Assembly: GCF_003334765.1 (NCBI RefSeq)
Contig: NZ_QOWT01000015.1
Direction: 5' to 3' (one strand)
Source: Escherichia coli
Lineage (GTDB): Bacteria > Pseudomonadota > Gammaproteobacteria > Enterobacterales > Enterobacteriaceae
DNA: 64,000 nucleotides
Below the pieces are notes generated by a model. The model was not told the DNA's origin and made no database searches. It worked only from the letters and a program-made list of their open reading frames with translations. How positions within the stretch are numbered: the stretch's first letter is position 1; every line of letters starts with the position of its first letter. Shown one piece after another: positions 22,813 to 34,978 of this stretch. A program made the position numbers and the translations under genes.

Positions 22813-24843
22813 TTACTGTTGCCCTGCCCAGACGACCAGCACTTTATCGTCGCCATGCTCACGAACAAAGCCGTAGCCCTGCTTCAGCAAAAGTGTCGTT
22901 TGTTTGCCCGCGCCAATTGCGGGATGGCGGGCGCGGAACTGGCTGATTTTCTGCCAGTGCGCGACGCTGGCGGCAGATTTACCGCTAACATCCTGCCAGT
23001 TCATATCCGAACGTGTACCTTGCAGCGGATCAGAACCTGTAGGACCGAACGGACGCGAGGATTCATCACCATAAAAGATTTGTACCGCGCCTGGCGCTAA
23101 TAGTAATAACTCTGCTGCTTTGTCGCCCCCTTCACGGAACAGGCGGGTATCATGCGACGAGAGGTAGCTCAACACGTTGAAACCCTGCAATTTCTCCGCC
23201 ATTTGCTGCCAGGTCGTATCCATCTGCGCCAGACAGTCGACTGCTTTCGCCGCCTGCTCCTGATAATCGAAATTGATCATCGCATCGAAGCCGTGGCGAT
23301 AGTAGTCACTTTGCATCACGCCGTGGCCCCAGGCTTCACCGGTCATCCAGAAAGGTTTGTCATCTAATGCTTTGTCGGGGTTAGCTTTTTTCCATTCGCG
23401 AAGCGCGGCGCTGGCTTCGGTTTTCAGTTGCTGCCAGGCGGGCAACTCAACATGTTTGGCGGTATCGACCCGAAAACCATCAATCCCATAGTCGCGGACC
23501 CACTGACTTAACCAGTGGGTTAAGTAATCGCGCGGCGTATAGCCGTCAATGGCTTTGGCGTGGGTATCCATTTTGTTTTTATAGAACACCGGCAGACCAG
23601 AAGCGGTAGTTGATTCGGTTTTGATATCCGGCAAAAAGGCTAGCGACATAGTGAGATCGTCGAATCCAGGATTGTCGTAATCGCCGATATCCGTTCTGAT
23701 CCAGTTTTTTCCCCACCATTTATCCCAGCCTGTTTTGTCGCTGAAATTAATGTAATCGTTAAAGCTATGCCAGGTTTGCCCGGCGGCAGGTTTCCAGTCG
23801 CTCCAGCGTTCACCCAGCGATTTTTTCACTTCGTCACCAGAAAGATATAACGCGCCAAACTGATACTCCTGCATATCCGCCAGCGTGGCATAGCCGGTGT
23901 GGTTCATCACGACATCAAAGAGAATACGAATACCGCGCTGATGTGCGCTATCAACCAGCGTCCGTAGATCGGCTTCGTTGCCCATATTGGCATCAAGATT
24001 CGTCCAGTCCTGTGTGTAATAACCGTGGTAGGCATAATGCGGGAAATCGCCTTTTGTACCGCCGCCGACCCAGCCGTGAATTTGCTCAAATGGGGCGCTT
24101 ATCCATAAAGCATTAACGCCCAACTGCTGGAGGTAATCCAGTTTGTTGGTCAGGCCGCGTAAATCGCCGCCGTGAAAAGTGCCAATTTCCGCCATACCGT
24201 CTTTATGACGTCCGTAACTCTGGTCATTACTGGGATCGCCGTTTTCGAAACGATCTGTCAGCACAAAGTAAACCGTGGCGTTATGCCAGTCGAAAGGGGC
24301 GGATGTGTCAGTTTCTGCCCGTTCCAGCAGGAGTAAACCGTTGCTGGTGGCAGCGGGTTGTAACATTATTTGACCGTTCTTCACTATCGCAATTTGCTGG
24401 CTGTAATAATCCCGTACGGCGGCTCCTTCCGGGAAAGTGGCGCTGACATCCACTGTGAGCGGTAATCCATCCCATTTCGGGCATTCACGGACCAGGCTTG
24501 CTACCGGTTCGGCGGCGTTCTGGATGGAAATCATCAATGTTGGCGTACCGGAGCGGGTGTCTATTTGCAGCGTATATTCGCCGTCCCTGAACAATCGCCA
24601 TTGAGGCGGCGTGTTGCTACAAGGTTGCAGGGAAAGCATCTGATTGAGTTTTATCGCATCCGCAGGCTGCCAGCACTGTTGGTCAAAATTTAGCGTTAGT
24701 GGACGCGTACCTTTGGGCAACTGCGCGTGGCTGACAAATGTTCCTGTCCCCTGTTCGCTAAAGGCGGGAAACCCCGGAGAAGTCCAGCTGGCGGCAACGG
24801 CGAAGCCAGGAAGGAGTGTCAGAAAACAGGCGGCGAGTTTCAT
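22813..24843 (-). CDS. malS: Periplasmic alpha-amylase
   Basis: 676-aa ORF with signal peptide and GH13 catalytic regions (GFRVDTAKH, YLSSHD). Confidence 0.92.
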   Translation of the reverse strand: MKLAACFLTLLPGFAVAASWTSPGFPAFSEQGTGTFVSHAQLPKGTRPLTLNFDQQCWQPADAIKLNQMLSLQPCSNTPPQWRLFRDGEYTLQIDTRSGTPTLMISIQNAAEPVASLVRECPKWDGLPLTVDVSATFPEGAAVRDYYSQQIAIVKNGQIMLQPAATSNGLLLLERAETDTSAPFDWHNATVYFVLTDRFENGDPSNDQSYGRHKDGMAEIGTFHGGDLRGLTNKLDYLQQLGVNALWISAPFEQIHGWVGGGTKGDFPHYAYHGYYTQDWTNLDANMGNEADLRTLVDSAHQRGIRILFDVVMNHTGYATLADMQEYQFGALYLSGDEVKKSLGERWSDWKPAAGQTWHSFNDYINFSDKTGWDKWWGKNWIRTDIGDYDNPGFDDLTMSLAFLPDIKTESTTASGLPVFYKNKMDTHAKAIDGYTPRDYLTHWLSQWVRDYGIDGFRVDTAKHVELPAWQQLKTEASAALREWKKANPDKALDDKPFWMTGEAWGHGVMQSDYYRHGFDAMINFDYQEQAAKAVDCLAQMDTTWQQMAEKLQGFNVLSYLSSHDTRLFREGGDKAAELLLLAPGAVQIFYGDESSRPFGPTGSDPLQGTRSDMNWQDVSGKSAASVAHWQKISQFRARHPAIGAGKQTTLLLKQGYGFVREHGDDKVLVVWAGQQ

Positions 24844-24902
24844 GGCGGATGAGTCCTTATTGCTGCGATTTCAGACAGTTTGCCAGCGATAAGCCAAACA
24901 AA

Positions 24903-24934
24903 ACTCATCCCTGAGCGGTAAGTCCACAGGATGA
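24903..24934. promoter_or_regulatory. Putative MalT boxes upstream of malS
   Basis: GGATGA hexamers at 24905-24910 (minus strand) and 24929-24934 (plus strand); assignment by motif only. Confidence 0.3.
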
Positions 24935-25162
24935 GAAGCAAGGGTGAGCGATCTCGCGCAAAAAACGGCTGAATTTTGCGATAACCCCCACATTTTCTGC
25001 GATTTAGCGCCAATCTGAATCGTTAACACGTGACATAGTTTCAGATTTGGACTATTCCTTGGGGTGCTCTTGACAGCTATTTTTGATATGATTTGAGATT
25101 CAACTCTCAAATTTGTGAAAAATATAAGGTGTTGGAATGATTAAATCCGACCAGGAGACCTG

Positions 25163-25987
25163 ATGATTTTGACTCCCATACGACGATATGGGGCGATGAT
25201 TCTTATGTTACTCACTCTGGTGTTTTCGAGTGAGGTGTTAGCGAAGACGCACACAACAACAGCGAGTCAAAAGTCCCACTTAACTAAAGCTAGTAATAAA
25301 CAGGTAAGCAGTAAACAAGAGTATTCTCGCAATAGTGCAAAGAGTAGTTCACTTCCTGATTTGCGAAAATACCCTTCCGGAACACCAAGGAAAAAGGCGT
25401 TTCTCCGGACCGTAATGCCTTACATTACCAGCCAAAATGCGGCCATTACTGCGGAACGTAACTGGCTCATTTCAAAACAGTATCAGGGCCAATGGTCACC
25501 TGCTGAGCGTGCGCGTCTGAAAGACATCGCCAAACGCTACAAGGTGAAGTGGTCCGGTAATACGCGAAAAATCCCGTGGAATACCTTGCTTGAACGCGTA
25601 GACATTATCCCCACCAGTATGGTGGCGACGATGGCTGCAGCAGAAAGCGGTTGGGGAACGTCGAAGCTGGCGCGCAACAACAACAACCTGTTCGGCATGA
25701 AATGCATGAAAGGACGTTGTACCAATGCGCCAGGTAAAGTGAAAGGGTACTCACAGTTTAGTTCTGTCAAAGAATCGGTGAGCGCCTATGTCACTAACCT
25801 GAATACGCACCCGGCTTACTCTTCGTTCCGTAAATCGCGTGCGCAGCTGCGTAAAGCGGATCAGGAAGTGACTGCCACAGCGATGATTCACAAGCTGAAG
25901 GGCTACTCGACCAAAGGGAAGAGTTATAACAACTACCTGTTCGCAATGTACCAGGATAACCAACGGTTAATCGCGGCGCATATGTAA
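25163..25987 (+). CDS. bax: Bax protein (putative glucosaminidase-domain protein)
   Basis: 274-aa ORF with N-terminal signal/TM segment. Confidence 0.88.
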   Translation: MILTPIRRYGAMILMLLTLVFSSEVLAKTHTTTASQKSHLTKASNKQVSSKQEYSRNSAKSSSLPDLRKYPSGTPRKKAFLRTVMPYITSQNAAITAERNWLISKQYQGQWSPAERARLKDIAKRYKVKWSGNTRKIPWNTLLERVDIIPTSMVATMAAAESGWGTSKLARNNNNLFGMKCMKGRCTNAPGKVKGYSQFSSVKESVSAYVTNLNTHPAYSSFRKSRAQLRKADQEVTATAMIHKLKGYSTKGKSYNNYLFAMYQDNQRLIAAHM

Positions 25988-26001
25988 TTGCATTTCCTTG
26001 A

Positions 26002-26036
26002 GCCTTATCCGACTTGTCAGTCGGATAAGGCTTTTT
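26002..26036 (+). terminator. Rho-independent terminator of bax
   Basis: gccttatccgac / gtcggataaggc stem followed by ttttt. Confidence 0.7.
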
Positions 26037-26093
26037 ACTTTGTCTCAGGCAGTTGAGCTACGAGCCTGAAGCGTTGTTGGTGCGTTTTATCAT

Positions 26094-26138
<45 letters not shown>

Positions 26139-26182
26139 CCACGCAGCGTTACCTGATGTGACGCCGACAATTCTCATCATCG

Positions 26183-27361
26183 CTACAACATGACCTCGCT
26201 ATTTACATCGCGATACTCTTTTGGCGTCGTGTCATATGCTTTTTTAAAAACAGAGTAGAAATATTGCAGCGATGGATAACCGCACATTTGCGATATCTCA
26301 TTGATCGACAAGGTGGTTGAAATCAGCAGACTGCGCGCTTTCTCCAGCTTCTCGGCATGAATCATGGCATGGATGGTTTCACCCACCTCTTCTTTAAAAC
26401 GCTTCTCAAGATTGGAGCGCGAGATCCCGACCGCATCCAGTACCTGATCCACTTTAATCCCTTTACAGGCGTGATTACGAATGTAATGCATGGCCTGAAT
26501 AACGGCGGGATCGGTCAGCGAGCGATAATCTGTTGAGCGCCGTTCAATGACGCGAACTGGTGGGACCAAAATTCGCTGTAGCGGCATTTCTTCTTTATCT
26601 AATAATCGATGCAACAGTTTTGCCGCCTGATAGCCCATTTGCCGCGCGCCCTGAGCGACCGAAGAAAGGGCGACACGCGACAGATAGCGGGTCAGTTCTT
26701 CGTTATCGATGCCAATCACGCATAATTTTTCCGGTACGGGAATATGTAGATGTTCACATACTTGCAGAATATGCCGCGCTCGGGCGTCAGTAACGGCAAT
26801 AATCCCGGTTTGCGGTGGTAGCGTTTGTAGCCAGTCTGCCAGCCGATTTTGCGCGTGTTGCCAGTTCTCTGGCGCGGTTTCTAACCCCTGATAAACCACT
26901 CCGCGATACTTTTCTTCGGCGACAAGCTGACGAAATGCATATTCGCGCTCAGTGGCCCAACGTTTGCCGCTTGATTCCGGAAGACCATAAAAAGCAAAGC
27001 GGTTAACGCCTTTCTCTTTTAAATGCAAAAATGCGCTTTCAACCAGCGCATAGTTATCGGTGGCAATGTAATGAACGGGTGGGTAACTTTCTGCAAGGTG
27101 ATACGAGCCGCCAACCCCAACAATGGGGACGTCGACATCAGCCAGCGCTTGCTCGATCTGTTTGTCGTCGAAGTCGGCAATGACGCCATCTCCTAACCAG
27201 TCCTTGATTTTATCAATGCGGGCGCGGAAATCTTCTTCAATGAAAATATCCCATTCCGATTGTGACGCCTGTAAATATTCCCCTACGCCTTCTACTACCT
27301 GCCGGTCATAGGCTTTATTGGCATTGAACAGTAATGTGATGCGGTGACGTTTAGTAAACAT
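26183..27361 (-). CDS. xylR: Xylose operon activator, AraC family
   Basis: 392-aa ORF; periplasmic-binding-like N-domain plus C-terminal AraC HTH. Confidence 0.93.
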   Translation of the reverse strand: MFTKRHRITLLFNANKAYDRQVVEGVGEYLQASQSEWDIFIEEDFRARIDKIKDWLGDGVIADFDDKQIEQALADVDVPIVGVGGSYHLAESYPPVHYIATDNYALVESAFLHLKEKGVNRFAFYGLPESSGKRWATEREYAFRQLVAEEKYRGVVYQGLETAPENWQHAQNRLADWLQTLPPQTGIIAVTDARARHILQVCEHLHIPVPEKLCVIGIDNEELTRYLSRVALSSVAQGARQMGYQAAKLLHRLLDKEEMPLQRILVPPVRVIERRSTDYRSLTDPAVIQAMHYIRNHACKGIKVDQVLDAVGISRSNLEKRFKEEVGETIHAMIHAEKLEKARSLLISTTLSINEISQMCGYPSLQYFYSVFKKAYDTTPKEYRDVNSEVML

Positions 27362-27438
27362 GGTTCTTTTCCTGCTGAATCATGCAAAAACTCAAAACCG
27401 GTAATACGTAACCGGCTTTGAGAAAATTTTTATCAAAA

Positions 27439-28620
27439 TCAAGAACGGCGTTTGGTTGCGGAGTCCATCCATACTGCCAGCAACAGAATCGCACCTTTAA
27501 CGATATACTGCCAGAAGGTCGGTACATCCATCATACTCATGCCGTTATCCAGTGAAGCCATGATAAATGCCCCCATTACTGCTCCGGCAACGCTTCCCAC
27601 ACCGCCAGCCAGGCTGGTGCCGCCAATCACGCATGCTGCAATTGCGTCCAGTTCGGCGATATTTCCCGCAGAAGGTGAACCAGCGCCAAGTCGAGAACTA
27701 AGGATTAATCCGGCGATGGCTACCATTAATCCGTTAATCGCGAACACGGCAAGTTTGGTGCGTTCAACGTTAATCCCGGAGAGACGTGCTGCTTCCAGAT
27801 TGCCGCCGATGGCATAAATGCGTCGTCCAAATGCCGTCCGCGTTGCCATAAACATTCCGCCGAGTAACAGCAACGTCAGCAGCAGAACAGGAGTGGGAAC
27901 GCCACGGTAATCATTCAACAGCCAGATTGCGCCTAATACGATGATAGCGGTTAAAGCCTGGCGACCGACTACTGCGGTAGAGGCCGGAGACTGTAAACCC
28001 AAAGCCTGACGGCGCATTCTTCCGCGCCATTGCCAACCAACAAAAGCCATTAAGCCAAGCGCGCCAATGATGAAGCCGGTACTGGCGGGGAGATAGCTTT
28101 GCCCAATTTGTGACATCGCGGCGCTGGTGGGGGATACAGTCGTGCCGTTGGTGATGCCAATGAGTATGCCGCGAAATGCCAACATGCCCGCGAGGGTGAC
28201 AATAAATGAAGGGACTTTACGGTACGCGACCCACCATCCGTTCCAGGCACCGAGAAGCAGTCCCAGAACCAGCGTCACAATGATGGTAAGTGGCAAAGGC
28301 CAGCCTAACCAGACGTCACAAATCGCCGCGACGCCACCTAACAGCCCCATCATTGAGCCGACGGAAAGGTCGATTTCAGCAGAAATTATGACGAACACCA
28401 TTCCTACCGCGAGGATGCCGGTAATCGCGGTCTGGCGTAACAGGTTGGAGACGTTACGGGCGCTTAAGTAGGCACCATCGGTGGTCCAGGTAAAGAACAG
28501 CATGATTGCGATGATAGCTGCAATCATCACGAAGACCTGCAAATTCAGTGATTTCAGCCCGGAGAAGCCACCGGATGTCGGTACGGCCAATTTCACTTCA
28601 GACGGATTGCTTTTCGACAT
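27439..28620 (-). CDS. xylH: Xylose ABC transporter permease
   Basis: 393-aa polytopic membrane ORF. Confidence 0.93.
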
Positions 28621-30139
28621 GATGTTCGCTCCTCAATGCGGCTTCCATCACCTGCTCCTGAGTCAGGTTATGATTTATCAGGTTGGCTTTTAGTTTCCCT
28701 TCATGCATCACCAGTACACGATCGCTAAGGCCGAGCACTTCAGGTAATTCGGAAGAGATGACAATAACGGCAATACCCTGCTGGACGAGTTGGTTAATTA
28801 ATTTGTAGATCTCGTATTTCGCGCCAATATCGATACCCCTGGTGGGTTCATCAAGAATGAGAATGCGCGGGTTAAGTAACAGACAGCGAGCGAGGATCGC
28901 TTTTTGCTGATTGCCGCCGCTCAAACGTCCAATAGCAAGGTCGGGGGACGACGTTTTAACTTTGAGTTGCTGGATTGATTCCAGAATACATTTTTGCTCT
29001 GCCGCGTCATCAAGCTGGCTAATGCCACCGGTAAATTTATTGAGTGCGGCGAGGGTAATATTTTTACCAACCGCCATTACCGGAACGATGCCGTCGCGCT
29101 TTCTGTCTTCGGGGACCATCGCAATCCCCTGGGCGATGGCTTGCTGACAGTTACGAATATCTACCTGTTTGCCATCAATATAAATTTTTCCTTCCCATTG
29201 TCCGGGCCACACACCAAACAGGCACTGAATGGTCTCGGTACGTCCGGCACCAACGAGTCCGGCAATACCCAATATTTCGCCACGTTTCAGGGAAAACGAG
29301 ACATCATTAACTCGTTTAATATGACGATTAACCGGATGCCATGCCGTCAGATGTTCAATACGTAATATTTCATCTCCGGTGGTATGTGGTTCATTAGGGT
29401 AAAGCGCGGTTAACTCTCGCCCGACCATCATGGTGATAATATCGTCTTCACTCATTCCGGCAGCATCACGCGTACCAATGTGCTGTCCGTCGCGAATAAC
29501 GCAAATCGTATCGGAAATCGCTTTGACTTCGTTGAGTTTGTGCGAAATATAAATACAGGCGATACCGTGCTGTTGTAGATCGCGAATAATATCCAGTAAA
29601 ACCGACGTTTCCTGCTCAGTTAATGAGGCTGTCGGTTCATCGAGAATTAACAAGCGCACCTGTTTATTAAGTGCCTTGGCAATTTCAACCAGTTGTTGTT
29701 GCCCAAGCCCTAAATCGCCAACGCGGGTATCAGGTGAAATGGATAAACTGACCTGTGCGAGCAGCTTCTGACAGCGTAGCGTCATCAGGTCATAATCCAT
29801 AATGCCATTGTGGGTTATTTCGTTACCCAGGAAGATATTTTCCAGCACGGTCAATTCTTTCACCAGGGCCAATTCCTGATGAATGATGGCGATACCTTTG
29901 CGTTCGGTATCGCGGATGTGACTCGCCTGAATCTCTTCTCCCGCAAAAATAATTTCGCCTTCGTAGGAGCCATGGGGATAAATACCACACAGCACTTTCA
30001 TCAGCGTTGATTTACCAGACCCATTTTCCCCACAAAGTGAGACGATTTCGCCAGCATTCAACCGCAAGCAGACGTTATCAATCGCCTTCACACTGCCGAA
30101 GGTTTTGGTAATGTTCTTCATTTCAAGTAGATAAGGCAT
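28598..30139 (-). CDS. xylG: Xylose ABC transporter ATP-binding protein
   Basis: 513-aa ORF with two ABC domains (Walker [10 protein letters not shown]). Confidence 0.93.
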
Positions 30140-30216
30140 AACGACTCCACCTAAGCCAATTCATTCACGCGGCATGGAGAGAAATCACGCCCCCGCTCCG
30201 CGCTGGGGCGTAACGC

Positions 30217-31209
30217 TTACAGCTCGCTCTCTTTGTGGAATCCGTCTTTAATTACCGTATCTTTGATGTTGTTTTTATTCACATCGATCGGTGTCAGGAG
30301 GCGGGAGGGGACATCTTTCAGGCCATTATTCAGTGTGGTATCTGCTTTTGGTTCCTGACCATTGCCCAACTCAACGGCAATTTCTGCGGCAGTATTTGCC
30401 AACAACGTAATAGGTTTATACACCGTCATAGTTTGCGTACCGGCAGCAATACGTTTAATACCTGCGAGATCCGCATCCTGGCCGGAGATTGCTACTTTCC
30501 CTGATAAACCTTGCGCGCTTAATGCCTGAATTGCCCCACCTGCGGTGGCATCGTTTGAGGCAACTACAGCATCAATTTTGTTATTATTGGCGGTTAGCGC
30601 GTTTTCCATAATTTTCAATGCGTTTTCCGGTAACCAGCCATCAACCCATTGGTCACCAACGACTTTAATTTTTCCGGAATCAACGTAAGGTTTTAACACT
30701 TTCATTTGTCCGGCGCGGAACAGCTTGGCGTTGTTATCTACCGGCGAGCCGCCCATCAGGAAGTAATTACCTTGCGGAACAATATCGACCAGGGCTTTTG
30801 CCTGCAGTTCACCGACTTTTTCGTTATCGAAAGAAATATAAAAATCGATATCCGCATCGTTAATCATACGGTCGTAAGCTAATACTTTAATGCCTTCTTG
30901 TTTGGCTTCTTTTACAACGTTACTTAATACCTGACCGTTATACGGAATAATGACAAGAACATCGACACCCCGGTTTATCATGTTTTCAATCTGCGACATT
31001 TGTGTTTCTTCATTGCCATTTGCAGACTGTACAAATACTTTCGCGCCGAGAGATTCTGCCTTTTTCACAAAGATATCTCGATCTTTTTGCCAGCGTTCAA
31101 GACGGAGATCATCAATCGCCATACCTATTTTGACTTCTTTGGCGTGTGCAGCAACGTTGGTAAGCAGGAGTGAGGTGCAAAGGGTGAGTAGAATGTTCTT
31201 TATTTTCAT
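30217..31209 (-). CDS. xylF: D-xylose periplasmic binding protein
   Basis: 330-aa ORF from MKIKNILLT with signal peptide. Confidence 0.93.
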   Translation of the reverse strand: MKIKNILLTLCTSLLLTNVAAHAKEVKIGMAIDDLRLERWQKDRDIFVKKAESLGAKVFVQSANGNEETQMSQIENMINRGVDVLVIIPYNGQVLSNVVKEAKQEGIKVLAYDRMINDADIDFYISFDNEKVGELQAKALVDIVPQGNYFLMGGSPVDNNAKLFRAGQMKVLKPYVDSGKIKVVGDQWVDGWLPENALKIMENALTANNNKIDAVVASNDATAGGAIQALSAQGLSGKVAISGQDADLAGIKRIAAGTQTMTVYKPITLLANTAAEIAVELGNGQEPKADTTLNNGLKDVPSRLLTPIDVNKNNIKDTVIKDGFHKESEL

Positions 31210-31574
31210 GGTGTAGGGCCTTCTGTAGTTAGAGGACAGTTTTAATAAGTAACAATCACCGCGATAAACGTAACCAATTTTTAGCAACTAAACAGGGGAA
31301 AACAATTACAGATTTTTATCTTTCGATTACGATTTTTGGTTTATTTCTTGATTTATGACCGAGATCTTACTTTTGTTGCGCAATTGTACTTATTGCATTT
31401 TTCTCTTCGAGGAATTACCCAGTTTCATCATTCCATTTTATTTTGCGAGCGAGCGCACACTTGTGAATTATCTCAATAGCAGTGTGAAATAACATAATTG
31501 AGCAACTGAAAGGGAGTGCCCAATATTACGACATCATCCATCACCCGCGGCATTACCTGATTATGGAGTTCAAT
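31210..31574. promoter_or_regulatory. Divergent xylA/xylF promoter region (expected XylR and CRP sites)
   Basis: 365-bp AT-rich spacer between divergent xylF and xylA; role assigned from known xyl regulon architecture, individual sites not mapped. Confidence 0.6.
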
Positions 31575-32897
31575 ATGCAAGCCTATTTTGACCAGCTCGA
31601 TCGCGTTCGTTATGAAGGCTCAAAATCCTCAAACCCGTTAGCATTCCGTCACTACAATCCCGACGAACTGGTGTTGGGTAAGCGTATGGAAGAGCACTTG
31701 CGTTTTGCCGCCTGCTACTGGCACACCTTCTGCTGGAACGGGGCGGATATGTTTGGTGTGGGGGCGTTTAATCGTCCGTGGCAGCAGCCTGGTGAGGCAC
31801 TGGCGTTGGCGAAGCGTAAAGCAGATGTCGCATTTGAGTTTTTCCACAAGTTACATGTGCCATTTTATTGCTTCCACGATGTGGATGTTTCCCCTGAGGG
31901 CGCGTCGTTAAAAGAGTACATCAATAATTTTGCGCAAATGGTTGATGTCCTGGCAGGCAAGCAAGAAGAGAGCGGCGTGAAGCTGCTGTGGGGAACCGCC
32001 AACTGCTTTACAAACCCTCGCTACGGCGCGGGTGCGGCGACGAACCCAGATCCTGAAGTCTTCAGCTGGGCGGCAACGCAAGTTGTTACAGCGATGGAAG
32101 CAACCCATAAATTGGGCGGTGAAAACTATGTCCTGTGGGGCGGTCGTGAAGGTTACGAAACGCTGTTAAATACCGACTTGCGTCAGGAGCGTGAACAACT
32201 GGGCCGCTTTATGCAGATGGTGGTTGAGCATAAACATAAAATCGGTTTCCAGGGCACGTTGCTTATCGAACCGAAACCGCAAGAACCGACCAAACATCAA
32301 TATGATTACGATGCCGCGACGGTCTATGGCTTCCTGAAACAGTTTGGTCTGGAAAAAGAGATTAAACTGAACATTGAAGCTAACCACGCGACGCTGGCAG
32401 GTCACTCTTTCCATCATGAAATAGCCACCGCCATTGCGCTTGGCCTGTTCGGTTCTGTCGACGCCAACCGTGGCGATGCGCAACTGGGCTGGGACACCGA
32501 CCAGTTCCCGAACAGTGTGGAAGAGAATGCGCTGGTGATGTATGAAATTCTCAAAGCAGGCGGTTTCACCACCGGTGGTCTGAACTTCGATGCCAAAGTA
32601 CGTCGTCAAAGTACTGATAAATATGATCTGTTTTACGGTCATATCGGCGCGATGGATACGATGGCACTGGCGCTGAAAATTGCAGCGCGCATGATTGAAG
32701 ATGGCGAGCTGGATAAACGCATCGCGCAGCGTTATTCCGGCTGGAATAGCGAATTGGGCCAGCAAATCCTGAAAGGCCAAATGTCACTGGCAGATTTAGC
32801 CAAATATGCTCAGGAACATCATTTGTCTCCGGTGCATCAGAGTGGTCGCCAGGAACAACTGGAAAATCTGGTAAACCATTATCTGTTCGACAAATAA
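31575..32897 (+). CDS. xylA: Xylose isomerase
   Basis: 440-aa ORF from [15 protein letters not shown]. Confidence 0.95.
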
Positions 32898-32968
32898 CGG
32901 CTAACTGTGCAGTCCGTTGGCCCGGTTATCGGTAGCGATACCGGGCATTTTTTTAAGGAACGATCGAT

Positions 32969-34423
32969 ATGTATATCGGGATAGATCTTGGCACCTCGGG
33001 CGTAAAAGTTATTTTGCTCAACGAGCAGGGTGAGGTGGTTGCTGCGCAAACGGAAAAGCTGACCGTTTCGCGCCCGCATCCACTCTGGTCGGAACAAGAC
33101 CCGGAACAGTGGTGGCAGGCAACTGATCGCGCAATGAAAGCTCTGGGCGATCAGCATTCTCTGCAGGACGTTAAAGCATTGGGTATTGCCGGCCAGATGC
33201 ACGGAGCAACCTTGCTGGATGCTCAGCAACGGGTGTTACGCCCTGCCATTTTGTGGAACGACGGGCGCTGTGCGCAAGAGTGCACTTTGCTGGAAGCGCG
33301 AGTTCCGCAATCGCGGGTGATTACCGGCAACCTGATGATGCCCGGATTTACTGCGCCTAAATTGCTATGGGTTCAGCGGCATGAGCCGGAGATATTCCGT
33401 CAAATCGACAAAGTATTATTACCGAAAGATTACTTGCGTCTGCGTATGACGGGGGAGTTTGCCAGCGATATGTCTGACGCAGCTGGCACCATGTGGCTGG
33501 ATGTCGCAAAGCGTGACTGGAGTGACGTCATGCTGCAGGCTTGCGACTTATCTCGTGACCAGATGCCCGCATTATACGAAGGCAGCGAAATTACTGGTGC
33601 TTTGTTACCTGAAGTTGCGAAAGCGTGGGGTATGGCGACGGTGCCAGTTGTCGCAGGCGGTGGCGACAATGCAGCTGGTGCAGTTGGTGTGGGAATGGTT
33701 GATGCTAATCAGGCAATGTTATCGCTGGGGACGTCGGGGGTCTATTTTGCTGTCAGCGAAGGGTTCTTAAGCAAGCCAGAAAGCGCCGTACATAGCTTTT
33801 GCCATGCGCTACCGCAACGTTGGCATTTAATGTCTGTGATGCTGAGTGCAGCGTCGTGTCTGGATTGGGCCGCGAAATTAACCGGCCTGAGCAATGTCCC
33901 AGCTTTAATCGCTGCAGCTCAACAGGCTGATGAAAGTGCCGAGCCAGTTTGGTTTCTGCCTTATCTTTCCGGCGAGCGTACGCCACACAATAATCCCCAG
34001 GCGAAGGGGGTTTTCTTTGGTTTGACTCATCAACATGGCCCCAATGAACTGGCGCGAGCAGTGCTGGAAGGCGTGGGTTATGCGCTGGCAGATGGCATGG
34101 ATGTCGTGCATGCCTGCGGTATTAAACCGCAAAGTGTTACGTTGATTGGGGGCGGGGCGCGTAGTGAGTACTGGCGTCAGATGCTGGCGGATATCAGCGG
34201 TCAGCAGCTCGATTACCGTACGGGGGGGGATGTGGGGCCAGCACTGGGCGCAGCAAGGCTGGCGCAGATCGCGGCGAATCCAGAGAAATCGCTCATTGAA
34301 TTGTTGCCGCAACTACCGTTAGAACAGTCGCATCTACCAGATGCGCAGCGTTATGCCGCTTATCAGCCACGACGAGAAACGTTCCGTCGCCTCTATCAGC
34401 AACTTCTGCCATTAATGGCGTAA
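32969..34423 (+). CDS. xylB: Xylulokinase
   Basis: 484-aa ORF; FGGY kinase motif GIDLGTSGVK. Confidence 0.95.
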   Translation: MYIGIDLGTSGVKVILLNEQGEVVAAQTEKLTVSRPHPLWSEQDPEQWWQATDRAMKALGDQHSLQDVKALGIAGQMHGATLLDAQQRVLRPAILWNDGRCAQECTLLEARVPQSRVITGNLMMPGFTAPKLLWVQRHEPEIFRQIDKVLLPKDYLRLRMTGEFASDMSDAAGTMWLDVAKRDWSDVMLQACDLSRDQMPALYEGSEITGALLPEVAKAWGMATVPVVAGGGDNAAGAVGVGMVDANQAMLSLGTSGVYFAVSEGFLSKPESAVHSFCHALPQRWHLMSVMLSAASCLDWAAKLTGLSNVPALIAAAQQADESAEPVWFLPYLSGERTPHNNPQAKGVFFGLTHQHGPNELARAVLEGVGYALADGMDVVHACGIKPQSVTLIGGGARSEYWRQMLADISGQQLDYRTGGDVGPALGAARLAQIAANPEKSLIELLPQLPLEQSHLPDAQRYAAYQPRRETFRRLYQQLLPLMA

Positions 34424-34591
34424 ACGTTATCCCCTGCCTGACCGGGTGGGGGATAATTCACATCTATATATCTCAGTAATTAATTAATATTTAGTATGAA
34501 TTTATTCTGAAAATCATTTGTTAATGGCATTTTTCAGTTTTGTCTTTCGTTGGTTACTCGTAATGTATCGCTGGTAGATATGGAGATCGTT

Positions 34592-34933
34592 ATGAAAACC
34601 TCAAAGACTGTGGCAAAACTATTATTTGTTGTCGGGGCGCTGGTTTATCTGGTTGGGCTATGGATCTCATGCCCATTGTTAAGTGGAAAAGGCTATTTTC
34701 TTGGCGTGTTAATGACAGCAACTTTTGGCAACTATGCATATCTTCGCGCAGAAAAACTCGGGCAACTGGATGATTTTTTTACCCATATCTGCCAGTTAGT
34801 TGCGTTAATCACTATCGGTCTCTTGTTTATCGGTGTTTTAAACGCACCTATCAATACTTATGAAATGGTGATCTATCCCATCGCCTTTTTTGTCTGCTTG
34901 TTTGGTCAAATGCGTTTGTTTCGCTCGGCATGA
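34592..34933 (+). CDS. yiaB: Inner membrane protein YiaB
   Basis: 113-aa ORF from MKTSK; paralogous to the adjacent yiaA. Confidence 0.8.
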   Translation: MKTSKTVAKLLFVVGALVYLVGLWISCPLLSGKGYFLGVLMTATFGNYAYLRAEKLGQLDDFFTHICQLVALITIGLLFIGVLNAPINTYEMVIYPIAFFVCLFGQMRLFRSA

Positions 34934-34978
34934 GCAACATAAAGCTCTTACATATTCAGGAATGAAAGGAATACTGTG